A stretch of DNA of 64,000 bases, the filler included, from Sphacelaria rigidula (Eukaryota): NCBI GenBank assembly GCA_964200075.2. It is 3 parts of 3 records of this genome, joined end to end, with 100 filler letters (N's around TTAATTAATTAA, not from the genome) between each part and the next. Parts side by side here need not be neighbours in the genome. Positions count along the whole stretch, not along the records: positions 1 to 21,872 come from CAXNAA020000379.1; 2 more parts are not named here. One strand, written 5' to 3'. Shown here piece after piece: positions 1-11,830 of the stretch. Position 1 is the first letter of the stretch. Each line of letters starts with the position of its first letter. The notes under the pieces were generated by a model. That model was not told where the DNA came from and did no database searches. It saw nothing but the letters and a program-made list of their open reading frames with translations. A program made the translations under genes and the position numbers.

Positions 1-3000
1 CTTTGTAGGGATGCGAGGTCAATGGTCTTATGAATATGGCATGCATGATGACGAGTACACTCTCCTCGAGACGAGTCCGTCCTCTTAGGAGATCAATCCA
101 CCTCTCCCTTTGTACAGGTGCCTGCCTTGAGATTCGTTGTGAAACACTGAACGAGCACTGTTGCATTCCATACTTTTTTTTCAACTCACGTTCTTGCGCT
201 TTACATTACAGGCATCAGCAAAACAAGTCACCATCACAAGTGTCGGATCTCGAACCCACTACTTTTTTGATGCCCAAACTGGCCGACGATATATGTATTA
301 GTTTGGCCGGCGAGGCGCGGCGGCTCGTGTATCTCACGAACGTTCAGCATCGAACGGTATAAAAGCTGAAGCATACTTTACATGACGAGCAGACTCTTCC
401 TCTGCTATCTCCCGACCCCAACGTCTGAAACGTCTTGACACAAACAAGAAACACCAAGGTGCGACGAGAAGCGAGCGTGCTGTCCAAAGAGCTGGAGGTG
501 TGTCGGCAACACCTCGACGCTGTATCAGTCGTCGGAGTGACATTTCCCGCCGAACAATCACATGGTCGGGTAAGTGCGATTATTTGAATGTCGTGAATCT
601 CCCCTTGACTCTATCGCCAACCCCATCTCGCTCCCAGCGTTTTACCCTAAACTCAGCCGTAAGGCTACCGCAATCGTAATATCGTCTCCCCAGGAGAGCT
701 GTTCGTCGAACAACCTGCGTACGTGAAGGTGAGCAAGAGTGCCGAGAACCCCCTTCATTCGCGGAAACAAGTAAGTTCAGCGTTATCTCATGAAAAACCG
801 ACGGATTCATAATTGGTTGGTTCGTTGCAGAAGAAAATATCACCATCAGAATAATATAATAGTGTGAATATCATTTTCAAAAGCCTCTCTATCAACGACT
901 TCGGTGCTCCAGACGGCAAAAACGAGACCAAACGGGTGTGTGTATATGAACGTTAAATTACCCTGAGACACCTGAGGAGCATCAGTACCCGTTGCAGATT
1001 ATTTTGAGGGGGGACTGCCGGTCTGTCCGATTCAGAGGGAATGCATTGGCCGTTTCACGTCCGCTGCGTACAGAATTGATTTGGCCATTAGGTAGGTGCG
1101 TAAGGCACCAACAGGAGCCCAACCATAGCGCAGGTGCTCGTCTCGCTCGCCATGTTCACACTGTTGGGATGCAGAGACTGTAGTACAAGTACGCTTCTTT
1201 TGGGCTTTATGTAGAGTATGACCTTTACAGCATTTGTATGATTTTGATACGTATTTCCTTGCAAATGTCGTGAGAGCCACCCACGACGAGCTTGAACCTA
1301 ATAAAGCGCTCACAGTTTTCCTTACCTGCGCCAGCTACAGTGAGGCTACACACAGTCTATCTCCCCCTACTTCACTTGCTTGGGTCATGAGCGTACGCGA
1401 TAAAGATGCTATGGCGTCATCCTCGGCCATCCGTCGAGGATATGCCACTTCTAACGGAAAGTCCTATCAGCCTGCCAGTTGGATTAAGATGCGCTTTATG
1501 CGCATGTATGGGCAAGGACTAGAGGGGAGTCATGTCTGGTGCGCAGACGGCCGCGGACGACGCTAGAGATGAGGCGATCGCCCAGCAGGGAGCTCCTTAC
1601 CGAAGAAGTAAGCAGGGGTTTGACCGAAGGAGTGGTACACTCTTCGCTCGAATATAACTTGCGGTCGCGGACAACGCTGATTCGTGCAACCGCGTTACAG
1701 CGCTAGTGGCAAGAGCGTACGGGCCGAGTGGAGAGGCTGACTTTGGTAATGGGCGCAGCGCGTATCTTGCACTTCTCATCACGCACCGGATTGAAGGTGA
1801 AGCGCGCATGCAGGAATCACATGACATGATCCTCCTCATCAACGTGAGCGCACAGATGAATACTACCCTTCCCGTGTGATACGAGGGCTACCCTGCGTGT
1901 TTCTAGAACTCGCTGGATTCGGAGACAGCGTGATTGACTCTTGCCGAAAGTTGCGCTGTTTAAAGCGCTGCCTCCTGAAAGCTGCGATCCTGTCATTTCC
2001 GAACAGCAGCGATATCGTGTCACTACCTTTGACGACATTGCATCCTAGTCTTCAGCATTCTGTGCTATTCAAAGGAGAAACAAGACCCAGGCAGGCAATC
2101 TATTGCGTGGAGGCTCGAACGACGAATGCGTCCTCAACACTGGCAGGTATCAGGGCAGCCACTGCGATCGCTGCAGTAACGGTCGTACACGCGGACGTAG
2201 ACGAGGTCGCAACGTCAACCCAGGGAGAGGGTTGAACCCTTGCTGACACATCGAGCAGCGTCAGCGCGACATGTGGTCCAGTTGGAAACATTTCTGCTTC
2301 CAGCCAGGGAAAACGTCGGAACATTCGGAACACTCGGAAATTCGGAGTGGAGTGGAGTGGAGTGTATCACCACGGACGTTGTTGATACTATTGCGTGTCA
2401 ACCGATCACGACTGGGACGGCTCCCATTGCGTCGGAAGCACAACCTCGCGGACAACGATACTCCACCGACGCAACAAGCCAACACTGCGTTGATTACCTC
2501 CATAATAGAGACAATATCCCAAGCCAGAGGTACATACGCTGTGTGTCAGGGGGAAGTGTCTGGTGTCATGGACTTCAAGATCATGATAGGCGACCATGAT
2601 GGTGGCGTGCCGAGCGTAGAATGATTGGAGGAAGACGTCGCGACTACTTTAGCGCCAAAAGCTGACACCTTGTACCCGCAGATCGTGAAATACGACCATG
2701 ATAGATTCCCCCTAAGCCTTGGGCGCTTGGGCACGAAAGCATCGAAAACTGAATGTCTGTAGCCTCAGATCGTCCACGACGACCATGCTGATTTCTACCC
2801 TAGTGTTGGATGCTTGGCCGCGAACATCACAGCAATAGCAGTTGCACCGCAGCTGATGGGTTCGCGAGACTGCTTATGCAAGAGCAAGACCTTTCCGGCA
2901 CTACCCTATTTGTTCAGGGTATCCCGCCATGACCGAGGAAGAGACGAGCTCGGCGGGGGTAGACGCTGTCGTCATGGACTGTGCTGCGACAGCGTACACG

Positions 3001-3456
3001 GTATCGGTAACGTCCAGTTTAGAAAACCATTTGGTCGACACGGTCGGACGCCGCGTCCGCATAGATGGATAGTGCGGAAACTCACTTGTCGCACGCAAAT
3101 GCACGCTAAAATCGCGTCTTTTGAGTATCTACGATACACTAGTTCCCCTTACAATAGTCTGGAAGTGCTGATCGTACCGGAGTAAGGTGCAAGTATACTT
3201 GCCGTCGGAACATTGCACGGGAACGGAGCGACGGAATATCTTGTCTCCAAGCCGCTGGGCATTCGTAACGGAAAACTCGCTTCCTCAATATCGACCGCAG
3301 TTCCGAGGGTGTTCGCTCTTCCTCGCGTACTAGACCAGTATTCTCAGCAGCGTCATCATACCGTCGCTGAAGCTGAAATTTGGAGTTGCCGAATGGGACC
3401 TTGTAAGTCACGCGTACTGAAACAACTCGTCGATAATAGGTCGACTAGAGTCACGT

Positions 3457-3879
3457 TTGCATATAACATCAAGTCGGGTGAGTGCGATACTTGTCCCCTT
3501 TCAAAAGAGCAAGAACACCCGCCTTCCGTTCGACCACGGGACGAGAAGCGTCTGGAACTACTTCGCATCGATTCACGGGGGACACCAATTATTCGCCATG
3601 TTCACTGAGATCAGCTCGTGGATGAGATGGGTGCTTCCACTCAAATCCAACCATCACGCGGCACGAGCACTCTCGCACGTCTTCAAGGAAGTTGCAGACC
3701 CTGAGGGTATTTCCTATGGTATCATGTGTGATGGAGGTGCAGAGTTTAAATATCGCTCTGAGCAATTGGCGACAGATCCAGGAATTAAAATTACGACAAA
3801 TGCGCCCTACAATCCCCGAAGCAACCTAATCTCTGAGCGAGGATTTGGAATGATCGGCATCGTTCGTAGCCTCTGCTGA
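3457..3879 (+). pseudogene. Copia integrase core fragment
   Basis: DGGAEF and NAPYNPRSNLISER resemble the DNGGEF and APYTPQQNGVAER motifs of rve integrases. Confidence 0.85.
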
Positions 3880-4529
3880 GCGCCCTCATCTTCCTGCCCT
3901 ACTTTGGACTGAGGCCGTGATTACAGCGTAGTATTCGAGTATTTTCACCGCGACGGAAGTCTTGAACGGCAAGGCTCTACTGGAGGTATGGTATGGCCAA
4001 GCAAGCCCCTCGGTAGCCTGAAACATCTAAACGAGTGGAGTTGCGCCACATACAAACTTGTCGAGGAACACCCACCGCGGAGGTCTCATTTCTTGAGGAA
4101 CCTTGAGAAATCTCGACAGCTGGAAATGGAATAGACCATTTTCCTAAAAATCACGAACCAGACAACAGCCTGCACGGACGCACGTCAGAGGGTAGGTTAT
4201 CGATAACCTAGGCAGCGCCGGCAGTCACGGCAGCGCCTCCGACCAGGAACAGTGCGTGTCGACGCGGACTACCACCTCGTCGGAAGCATTGGTTACCTAA
4301 AGTCGGTGTACAAGACGAAGCCTTGGATCGTGCCGAGTACGCGCTGGTTACAGGAGCAAATTTCGTTTCCGGATCGTCTCATTCAGGGGTCGCATCATGT
4401 CGGCCAGACGACACACGCATTTATCAAGAGGTGACTAGCGGACCTGACACCGCTACCTGGCGAGCCAGCGCGGGGTAGAAGATGACATTCCTCTACGATC
4501 ACCACATCTTTGACTACTAGTAGGTTGAC

Positions 4530-5800
4530 GTGCCCGATGAATGTCAGGTGATACCGTCGAGGGTTTTATTCCGAGTGAAGTTTGACAATGATGCGAAACC
4601 AACCAGCTTCATGATCATAGTTGTGGTTCAGAGGTTCCAAGACTTGGACACCAAAGCCGATAAGGCAGCACTTGTCGCTTCCCTACAGTCTGCATGTGTG
4701 GTTATCACCAACGCGGATGGGCTCAGGATACGAATGCAGGACATCAAGACTGCTTTCCTACACTCGCCCATGGGCGGGGATGAACCATCTTTGCACGTTA
4801 GGCCTCCTCAAGGATTCAAGGACTCCAGTGTTGTTCCTTCTTTTCTTCAGAGCGTGTTTCAGTGTTGTTTTTGTTGGGTACGTCTATCATGAGACCACGG
4901 CTGGATCATGACTCCTGGGGGGTCAGTTAAAGTGCGACAATCGATCAATCAAATCAGTGCTGAGAAGCGGGAAGGACGAAGTATGGAAAGTCATAGCTTG
5001 GCTCTCCGCTCGACGTCTTTCCCTCGTGGGTGGCACCAGACTATTCATCCATGTCTACATTACGCTGGGATTTGTTCCCAGCACTGCTGCTTCTTGTGCT
5101 CATAACGTGGAGGACGGGGGCGTCACTCTAACAGATAAGTAGCGGCGACAAGGTGGAAATGAAGAAATGTTACTGTACACAAGCGCAAGAACAGGTTTCA
5201 GACTGTGGACGTGGGCGACGCCAATCTTTACTTGTTTTCCGGATAATTTGAGACGACGACGCCGGATCCGTCACGCTAACACAAGAGGCGCATGCGGAAT
5301 CAATTCTCGACACATACGGACGGCATGGTTGATGCCCAGCCATAGAAGACGCCAGCTGAAGGCGAAGGAAGGATCAAGATATCCCAATAAGGTTTTTTTC
5401 GGCAGAAGAGATGGAAGACATGACTTGCTTCGGTTCAGCTACAAGAACATTGCTCTGCCTGAGCAGATGCACACGACCTGATACGGCACACTCGGTCATG
5501 ATGCCGACGGGGAGCATGTCCAAGCCAGGAGCGGAGGCCTTAGTATGAGTGAAACCAGCCATAATGTACTTGAAGAGGACGGTTGATCTCAGGACGTGGT
5601 ACAGCTTGGATCTCGACTTCGGAGCGGAGTTGGGTGCATAGGTATATCCCAACTTTCTGGGCGACTAAGAAAAAAGGGTCCTCAACGACAGGCATGATCT
5701 TCTAGTTGACAAGCAGATCGATTGACTGGACTTCGAGACTGCAGGCAGTTGTTGTCACTTCAGTGACTGCGGTGGACTCCGCGGCCCTGTCTAGAGCTGG
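4530..5800 (+). pseudogene. Copia reverse transcriptase / RNase H fragments
   Basis: MQDIKTAFLH resembles QMDVKTAFLN. STTGMIF*LTSRSIDWTSRLQAVVVTS resembles STSGYVF..G.ISW.SK.Q..VA.S. In-frame stops present. Confidence 0.8.
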
Positions 5801-6047
5801 TTATATCATTCATTTGCTACATCTTCGATAGGCTTGAAGATAATAAAACAATCCAAGTCCGCCTTACCTGCGCCAGCTACGGTAGGGTTACACACAGGCT
5901 ATTTTCGTCACTTCGCTCGCTCCATCACTTCACCTATTATACCACACACATCCCCGGTTGACCAACAACCATGGTGGTCAGATCCTCACGATCACTAATC
6001 CTGCTGTATCATCTATAACGTCCTGTGCATACTCGCAAGAAACGCAG

Positions 6048-9000
6048 GAGACAGATGAAAGAGCGACCGTTGGCAAGGCTCCAGGCTCTCGCGATGAGGA
6101 ACGTTTACGCCAGCAGGTACACATGCGTATTCAAGATCTACACTAGTGTAGACGGCAGACAACGGAAGGGAATAAGTTCGGGTCAACCTCTGCAATGCGC
6201 CGCGTCGTTAGTTTGTCACCGAATACCCAACATCACTTGTGCACGTTTCGAAGTGCGTAATAAACGAGGCAGCTGCTGCTGTGATATGGATCCCGGTCGG
6301 CAAAAGAGGACAAATGAGCGCAGTACAACACCTCCGGGAAGCCTTGCGTTATCGTACAACTCCCATCATGGGATATCGAAATCATCTGGGAGTGGACATT
6401 CATCTGCGATAGACGTCTACATCCCAGATAAACATCTCAGAGGGACGAACTCCATATGATATTCCAGATCTATGTCCCAGATGGATGGAGCTCTATGATA
6501 TCCAAGATGGAGGTTTCACGATAATGCATGACCGTAACCCCCTGCGCTGAGAGTGTTTTGAATCTTGACTATCTGAACAAGCCAGACCATGCATCCGAGA
6601 TCGGTATGTCGCAGTCGACGGAGGATAACACCCTGAGCGATTCTAGGCTCAGCCGTGACTTCCTCCACAACCCAGACACTGACTACACTCCCGATACACA
6701 TCGTACTAGATATCGCCTAATAGTAGCGCGATCCCCCTGTGATTTGATTTCCATCTTCGACTTACCCATGGGTCAGAGTCCACAATAAAAAAATGACCCG
6801 TTAACGTATGTCATTAATAAGTAAAGTGACATGTCATGTCACTCCCGGTAGCGGTTGTGGTAGTGATATTAGTGATATTAGCAATATTAGTGATATTCTC
6901 AACGCTAAATTTATCAAAGACTGAAATCCCGCTTAGAGTTGTCCAAGCATCCGAAACACATTGTTTTTCGAAATATCGTGAGGACATATTTCTGGCGATG
7001 CAGAGTTGGGTGGTGTGACCGCAAGCCGTGGGTGACAGCGGCACAGCGGCTTGATCACGGGGTGTAGGGATGGACTACGGTGCGCGAGGATCCTTACGCG
7101 ACATTTCTCGCGACGTTTTACAAAACTGACGGTATATTGGTTGGTTGATTGATTGATTGATTGATTCGACTTATTGATGGATGAATTAATCCTCGAGATA
7201 TCCAGGCTGTGGTCACAAGATGGACGGACCTACCTACCTGCCCAAGGTAAACAAAACGGAAACACTCGCATGAGGAAACTCTACAAAGGGAGAACATAAA
7301 GGAGATACAGAACAAGCGAAGTAAACTGAGCAAACACGAGAAAAAGAACAGAATAAAAGAACAGAACAACGAAGGAAAGGAAAGGGAAGGGAAGGGCAGG
7401 GGAAACGACAGAAAAGGAAAAGGAAGACACTACCCCCAATTGGTCGGCCCCGATGAAAATAATTAAAAAAAATGATGGCAACAGCATCAACGACAGAAGA
7501 AAGAAAATAAGAAAGAAAATAAGAAAGAAAATAAGAAAGAAAATAAGAAGGAAAATAAGAGAAAAAATAGGAAGAAACGGAACACTATGACGACGCTAGA
7601 CATGCATATGAGCAGAGCGAGCAACATCGCTAAGGTTTCAAATCAAGGAAACACGCCAAAAGCCAACCAGAAAAGGCAGGGGTATATTGGTTTCTTGTTG
7701 CCTCCGCCTCTCCTGCTCATTCCTACCTTCATTACCCGAATGCCTTCCTTCACGTCCTTTCGCCTCAAGTTCTGCATAAACCAAATAGCACCTTGTGCAA
7801 ATAAGGTCATACGGGATACAAACGAGAAAGATAATGTCCGGGTGAACTGGCACTTCTGATTTCACCAAAATCAAAACGTATCTGCAACAGCGGCGATTTT
7901 CCACATGGTTAGGGACGTGCTCACTTGCATGTCACGCCGCTGCTGTTGGCATCTTGTTTTTTTATGCCTTGGTGACGTCACGTCAAGGCGCCGTGGATAA
8001 CTCCATTGGGCATGTCGTGATTGTAGTACTGATGAAATGATGTGGCCGTCACAGCTCGTGACTTGGTGCTTCTTATTCCTGACATGTGAGTACGTGGGCG
8101 TTATAGTACCATGTGTTCGTGGTATTGCTTTGTTCGACTGTTTGCCCCTTCATTTTAGGTGGTAACCCTGCGAAACAAGTTGCACACCACGCAGGAGGAG
8201 CTGAAGAAATCTAATAGGTGAACGAATTTTCTGTCGCGCGGCTGCTGCGGTGACAAGTGTTGAAATCCTCCGGTTCCAGGGCATATACGCGTACTTGTTC
8301 ACGGGAGCATCGGCAACTATGATTTTTTCATCAGATGCTTGCTGGATACGGTGTTGTTCTACTGTCTCACGAATATGCAATTGATCAGATGGTGACTGAA
8401 CGATCACCTGGTGTCCTCCCAAACTCCAGAAGTGCGGATAAATTCTGAGTCTGAAAGTTCCATGGAATGATGAAGAATTTCTATGCGACCTTGGTCTTCA
8501 AAAGATGTTAATCTGATTCAACACACGTCGACTACGAAAGCATTTTTTGTATTTCAAATAAACAGAAGAACACTTAGCACCCTCCCCGTACACAGGATGC
8601 TGATGAAAGAGGTGGGGGGAACCGCGGAACTCCAAAAAGCGCTTCATGGAGAGGCCGGGTGGAAAGGGCGCGCTCGGCAAATCGTCATGCTGAAAGCTAA
8701 AGTAAAACATTTGGAGGATCGATTGAGATGCCACCAAAGGGTGAGCAAACGTCGCGGAAAGTAAGTAATTAGTAATACAGTATGAATACGTGGATTGTCC
8801 CAGCACTTCAAGGTGGATTCTCAGTGCTATTATTGTCGTAGTTATCTGGGTATGGTACTTTAGTTCACGTCTACTCAACACACTAGGTGTGTGTTGAGTG
8901 TGGAGAGGTCTGGTGGGGTCGGCGAAAGAGCAGTCGGAGGGTGAGCTAGCGTTGGCGAATCGAAATGAGGGAATTAATCAAGATCCCAATTTCAACCCTG

Positions 9001-10907
9001 AGAAAACAGCATCAACGTTCACAACATAACGGTTTCCGTTGCCTCATTTGCTGACCTGACCAGGAGTCTGGGCTCAACTCCGGCTGCCGTAATATGAAAC
9101 AAACGGATCGGTACGACGTCGATATTCAGGCCCAAGAGGACCTGCACTTCATGGAGCGTCAGCGTGGGCATGCACTGGAACAACTGACAGTGAGCGCTAG
9201 TGACTTATTCTCGCCCGAAGGCACATACTTCCAATTCCTGGTGATGCGTGTTACGCCAGACGTTGCTTCAATATTGCCATATTTGGAAATTACGCTACAG
9301 GTACTACGATATGATTGATATCCGATGTACTACCACACATCGCAGGAGGATTTCGAGGTTCTGCAAGATGACGCTGAAGCGTTGCGGAAGCAGCTGGTTG
9401 CTAAGGGAGCGAGGCGAGTTGACCACGCGATCGTTGTTTGACATTCCTTATCCACCCCTTCCCAATCACTTTGTTTTGGATCGGGAAAACACGGATGAAG
9501 CACGATCGATGTTTGCCTCGCTGTTTCTTGAGGATGGATGGGTCGGAGGAGGATTTTCGGGTTGTGCTGATTTTTTTGTTTGTATTGCTGTGCTCTTGAA
9601 CCCCCGCCCTTTCTTGGGACGAGATCGCAGCCTCGAGGACTCACGCCACTACTCCCCCGGTAGTAGCCTTGAAAATCGTTATCAAACATTGGGTCATGAT
9701 CATTGTTGTACTGTAGCACACCCGCCTCGACTTTCATCGAATGAGTGATCCGTCAGGTTACGGTACCATGCTTTGCACGATGGAGATCAGTACCAGTATA
9801 ACGAGTTGCTATTGTCATGATTCGAACCCACTTCTCGGCTCAAACCGGTCTATGATCTACCAAAGGGACTACTGAGACGTGTGGGACGGGTAGGTGTGTT
9901 TTATTGTATTGTATTTTTGTGTGGCGTACAAGAGTGCAATCGGGATTCCCAGCTGACCACCTCGCAGCGACTATCCTCATCTTGAGCGGGTTCGAACAGC
10001 ACCACTCACTTAACACGTGACGAGTTATGTCAGAAGCCCGTACTCGCAGGAGATTCGTGCAATCGGTATACGTGTGACCGGGCTTCACGACCTGTTGGTT
10101 TTCATTCTTATCGAATGACAGGGCGGCTGGGTTGGAGAAGGCCAATGGACGGCTGCGAGATCGTGTCAAGATGCTCCTGGCCAAGTCGGACACCGATGAT
10201 TGCTTGGTTGATGCTCTGCGCAAAGAAATACGAGTGAGCATCGGATCATGATAAAAAAAGTAACTACGTAGTAGAAAAGAAGAAAATGTCTTCGCACTTC
10301 AAACTTCAGCTGACATCGATAATGAAGTATAACGTTCCACGTGACAGGTCATCGACATCCAATGCTGGTGGGAACCAAGAGTCTGTAGCATCTGAATGTC
10401 CATGCCCCGACTTTTTCCGTGAGAGGCTTCGGTAGCGAGGCCGCCTCAGTTTCGGGAAAATTCTGATTGTAAAAATTCACTCGACGGCGTGATGTTTGCA
10501 TGGCATACGGCAGGTATAATAGCTGTCCCGAAGTAGTTGATGATAACACAGTTGTTAAACAGCTTCAGCCTCTACTTGTTGGACGACATTTTGCCGAACT
10601 CAAGGCACCGCTCACTATGTCCGCAGATGTCGCCAGAAACTGGCAGTGTTATCCCGCAAAGCCTCCATAGCTCTTGCCATGGATTAAGTAAACCCAGCAA
10701 CACTTTTTTTTTTAATTAATAACTGATCTTACACTTATCGGCCCAGTGAGAGGCGCACGCTTTGGGATTAAAGCACAGGCTCAGATCGACGAACCGGAGC
10801 ATGTCTTTGTTGCTCAAGCGAGTACGTTCACCATCCATTGCTGTGCTTCTACGTTGTCTCCACAGGCTCTTCGAAATACGAGAAGCAGCGAAAGCAGATA
10901 TAAGTGA
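6048..10907 (+). CDS. CCDC13: CCDC13-like coiled-coil protein, 3' portion (spliced; 5' exons not located)
   Basis: Phase-compatible exons 6048-6116 (tentative), 8159-8217, 8596-8740, 9064-9189, 9346-9413 (GC donor), 10122-10233, 10866-10907 (tentative last exon). Spliced product ...VVTLRNKLHTTQEELKKSNRMLMKEVGG...GWKGRARQIVMLKAKVKHLE...LLAKSDTDDCLVDALRKEIR matches recalled CCDC13 motifs (REVGE, WRGRAQQILVL, KGRHDDELIDAL). Confidence 0.8.
6345..6528. mobile_element. Short foldback/MITE, family F copy 1
   Basis: Left end TGCGTTATCGTACAACTCCCATC is the imperfect inverted complement of right end GATGGAGGTTTCACGATAATGCA. Internal CATCTGGGA/TCCCAGAT motifs. Same ends as 63134-63775. Confidence 0.65.
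7497..7560. repeat. 12-bp purine-rich tandem repeat (AAGAAAGAAAAT)n
   Basis: About 5 units visible directly, within an A/G-rich low-complexity tract. Confidence 0.9.
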
Positions 10908-11229
10908 ACAACCGTGGCTCGCAGATACAAGCATGAAGGAGCGGTAAAATGCTATGCCTATAAATAAGTTCGCCGCCCGAGGAGTAACCGGGTTGGCTGA
11001 CAAACAAGATCAAATACAGTACGTGGGAGACGTTGATGTTTTTCAAAATTCAGTATCAAGCTTGTGAGGGGGCGAACGGTGGGAAGGCAAATTGCTTATG
11101 AACTCGGGAAAAATAAGACAGGTTTTACAAGCACTAAACTACGGCCATGCGGCCATTCTACAGTTTCTGTATGCGCTGAATCGCGTGAATATTGAGGAAA
11201 AAACAGGCAGCTCTCTTTACGAGATGCCC

Positions 11230-11830
11230 TGTGCTGACGTACTACCTGTATCCGGGATATGGACGTCTACATGGAGCGTCTCTCTATGGTAGGCCTCCAC
11301 CTGAAACACGGACATCCACCCGGTGCGTGACTGTGCAATGCGGCATCTTTACCGAGGAAGTCACGTGGGACCCGTGGAAGTTCATCTGGGACGTTCGTCT
11401 GTGACGTGGACGCCCACCTTAAGCATCCCACCTACTGAGACCAGTCATCTCGGGTGAATCGTTTTTTCATGCGGGTCCTACCTATTCGACCCTAGCCGCG
11501 AAGCTATTCCTAACACGAACCCGTGAAAAACCGTGTGCGTCGGTGACAATACATCTGGCTTAGTTTGCAGAAGCAAAGAGGAGTGCATTGTGAGCTGGTA
11601 GGACGTACACCTTGGCTAGCGTGCGTCGCTGAAGCGTCGTGCCGCGCATGCGAGTATGGCATGGGGACATTTCAGATTAGAGTCCCATATGGACGTGAAA
11701 GTCCCATATGGACACAATCATGCATCCGGTGGGCAGGTATCCGTCTGGGAGATTCACGTTCCCACACACGGACTTTCCGAATGGATGTCCCGGATTGGCG
11801 TTCTAGATCGACCTGAGGTGCTAGACGAAA
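11230..11830. repeat. Degenerate member of foldback family F
   Basis: Repeated GGATATGGACGTC / CATCTGGGACG / TCCCATATGGAC motifs resembling those of 63134-63775; ends poorly conserved. Confidence 0.4.

Larger units (their letters stand above)
1291..5920 (+). mobile_element. Degenerate Ty1/copia LTR retrotransposon (many stops and frameshifts)
   Basis: Copia domain order on +: pre-integrase/zinc remnant (EIWSCRMG...CDTCPLSK, ~3375-3510); rve integrase (CDGGAEF...TTNAPYNPRSNLISER, 3457-3879); RVT_2-like RT (VIPSRVLFRVKFD...MQDIKTAFLH, 4530-4830); RNase H start (STTGMIF*L...IDWTSRLQAVVVTS, ~5680-5800). Direct repeat AATAAA...CTTACCTGCGCCAGCTAC...TACACACAG at ~1291-1380 and ~5833-5920. Confidence 0.85.
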
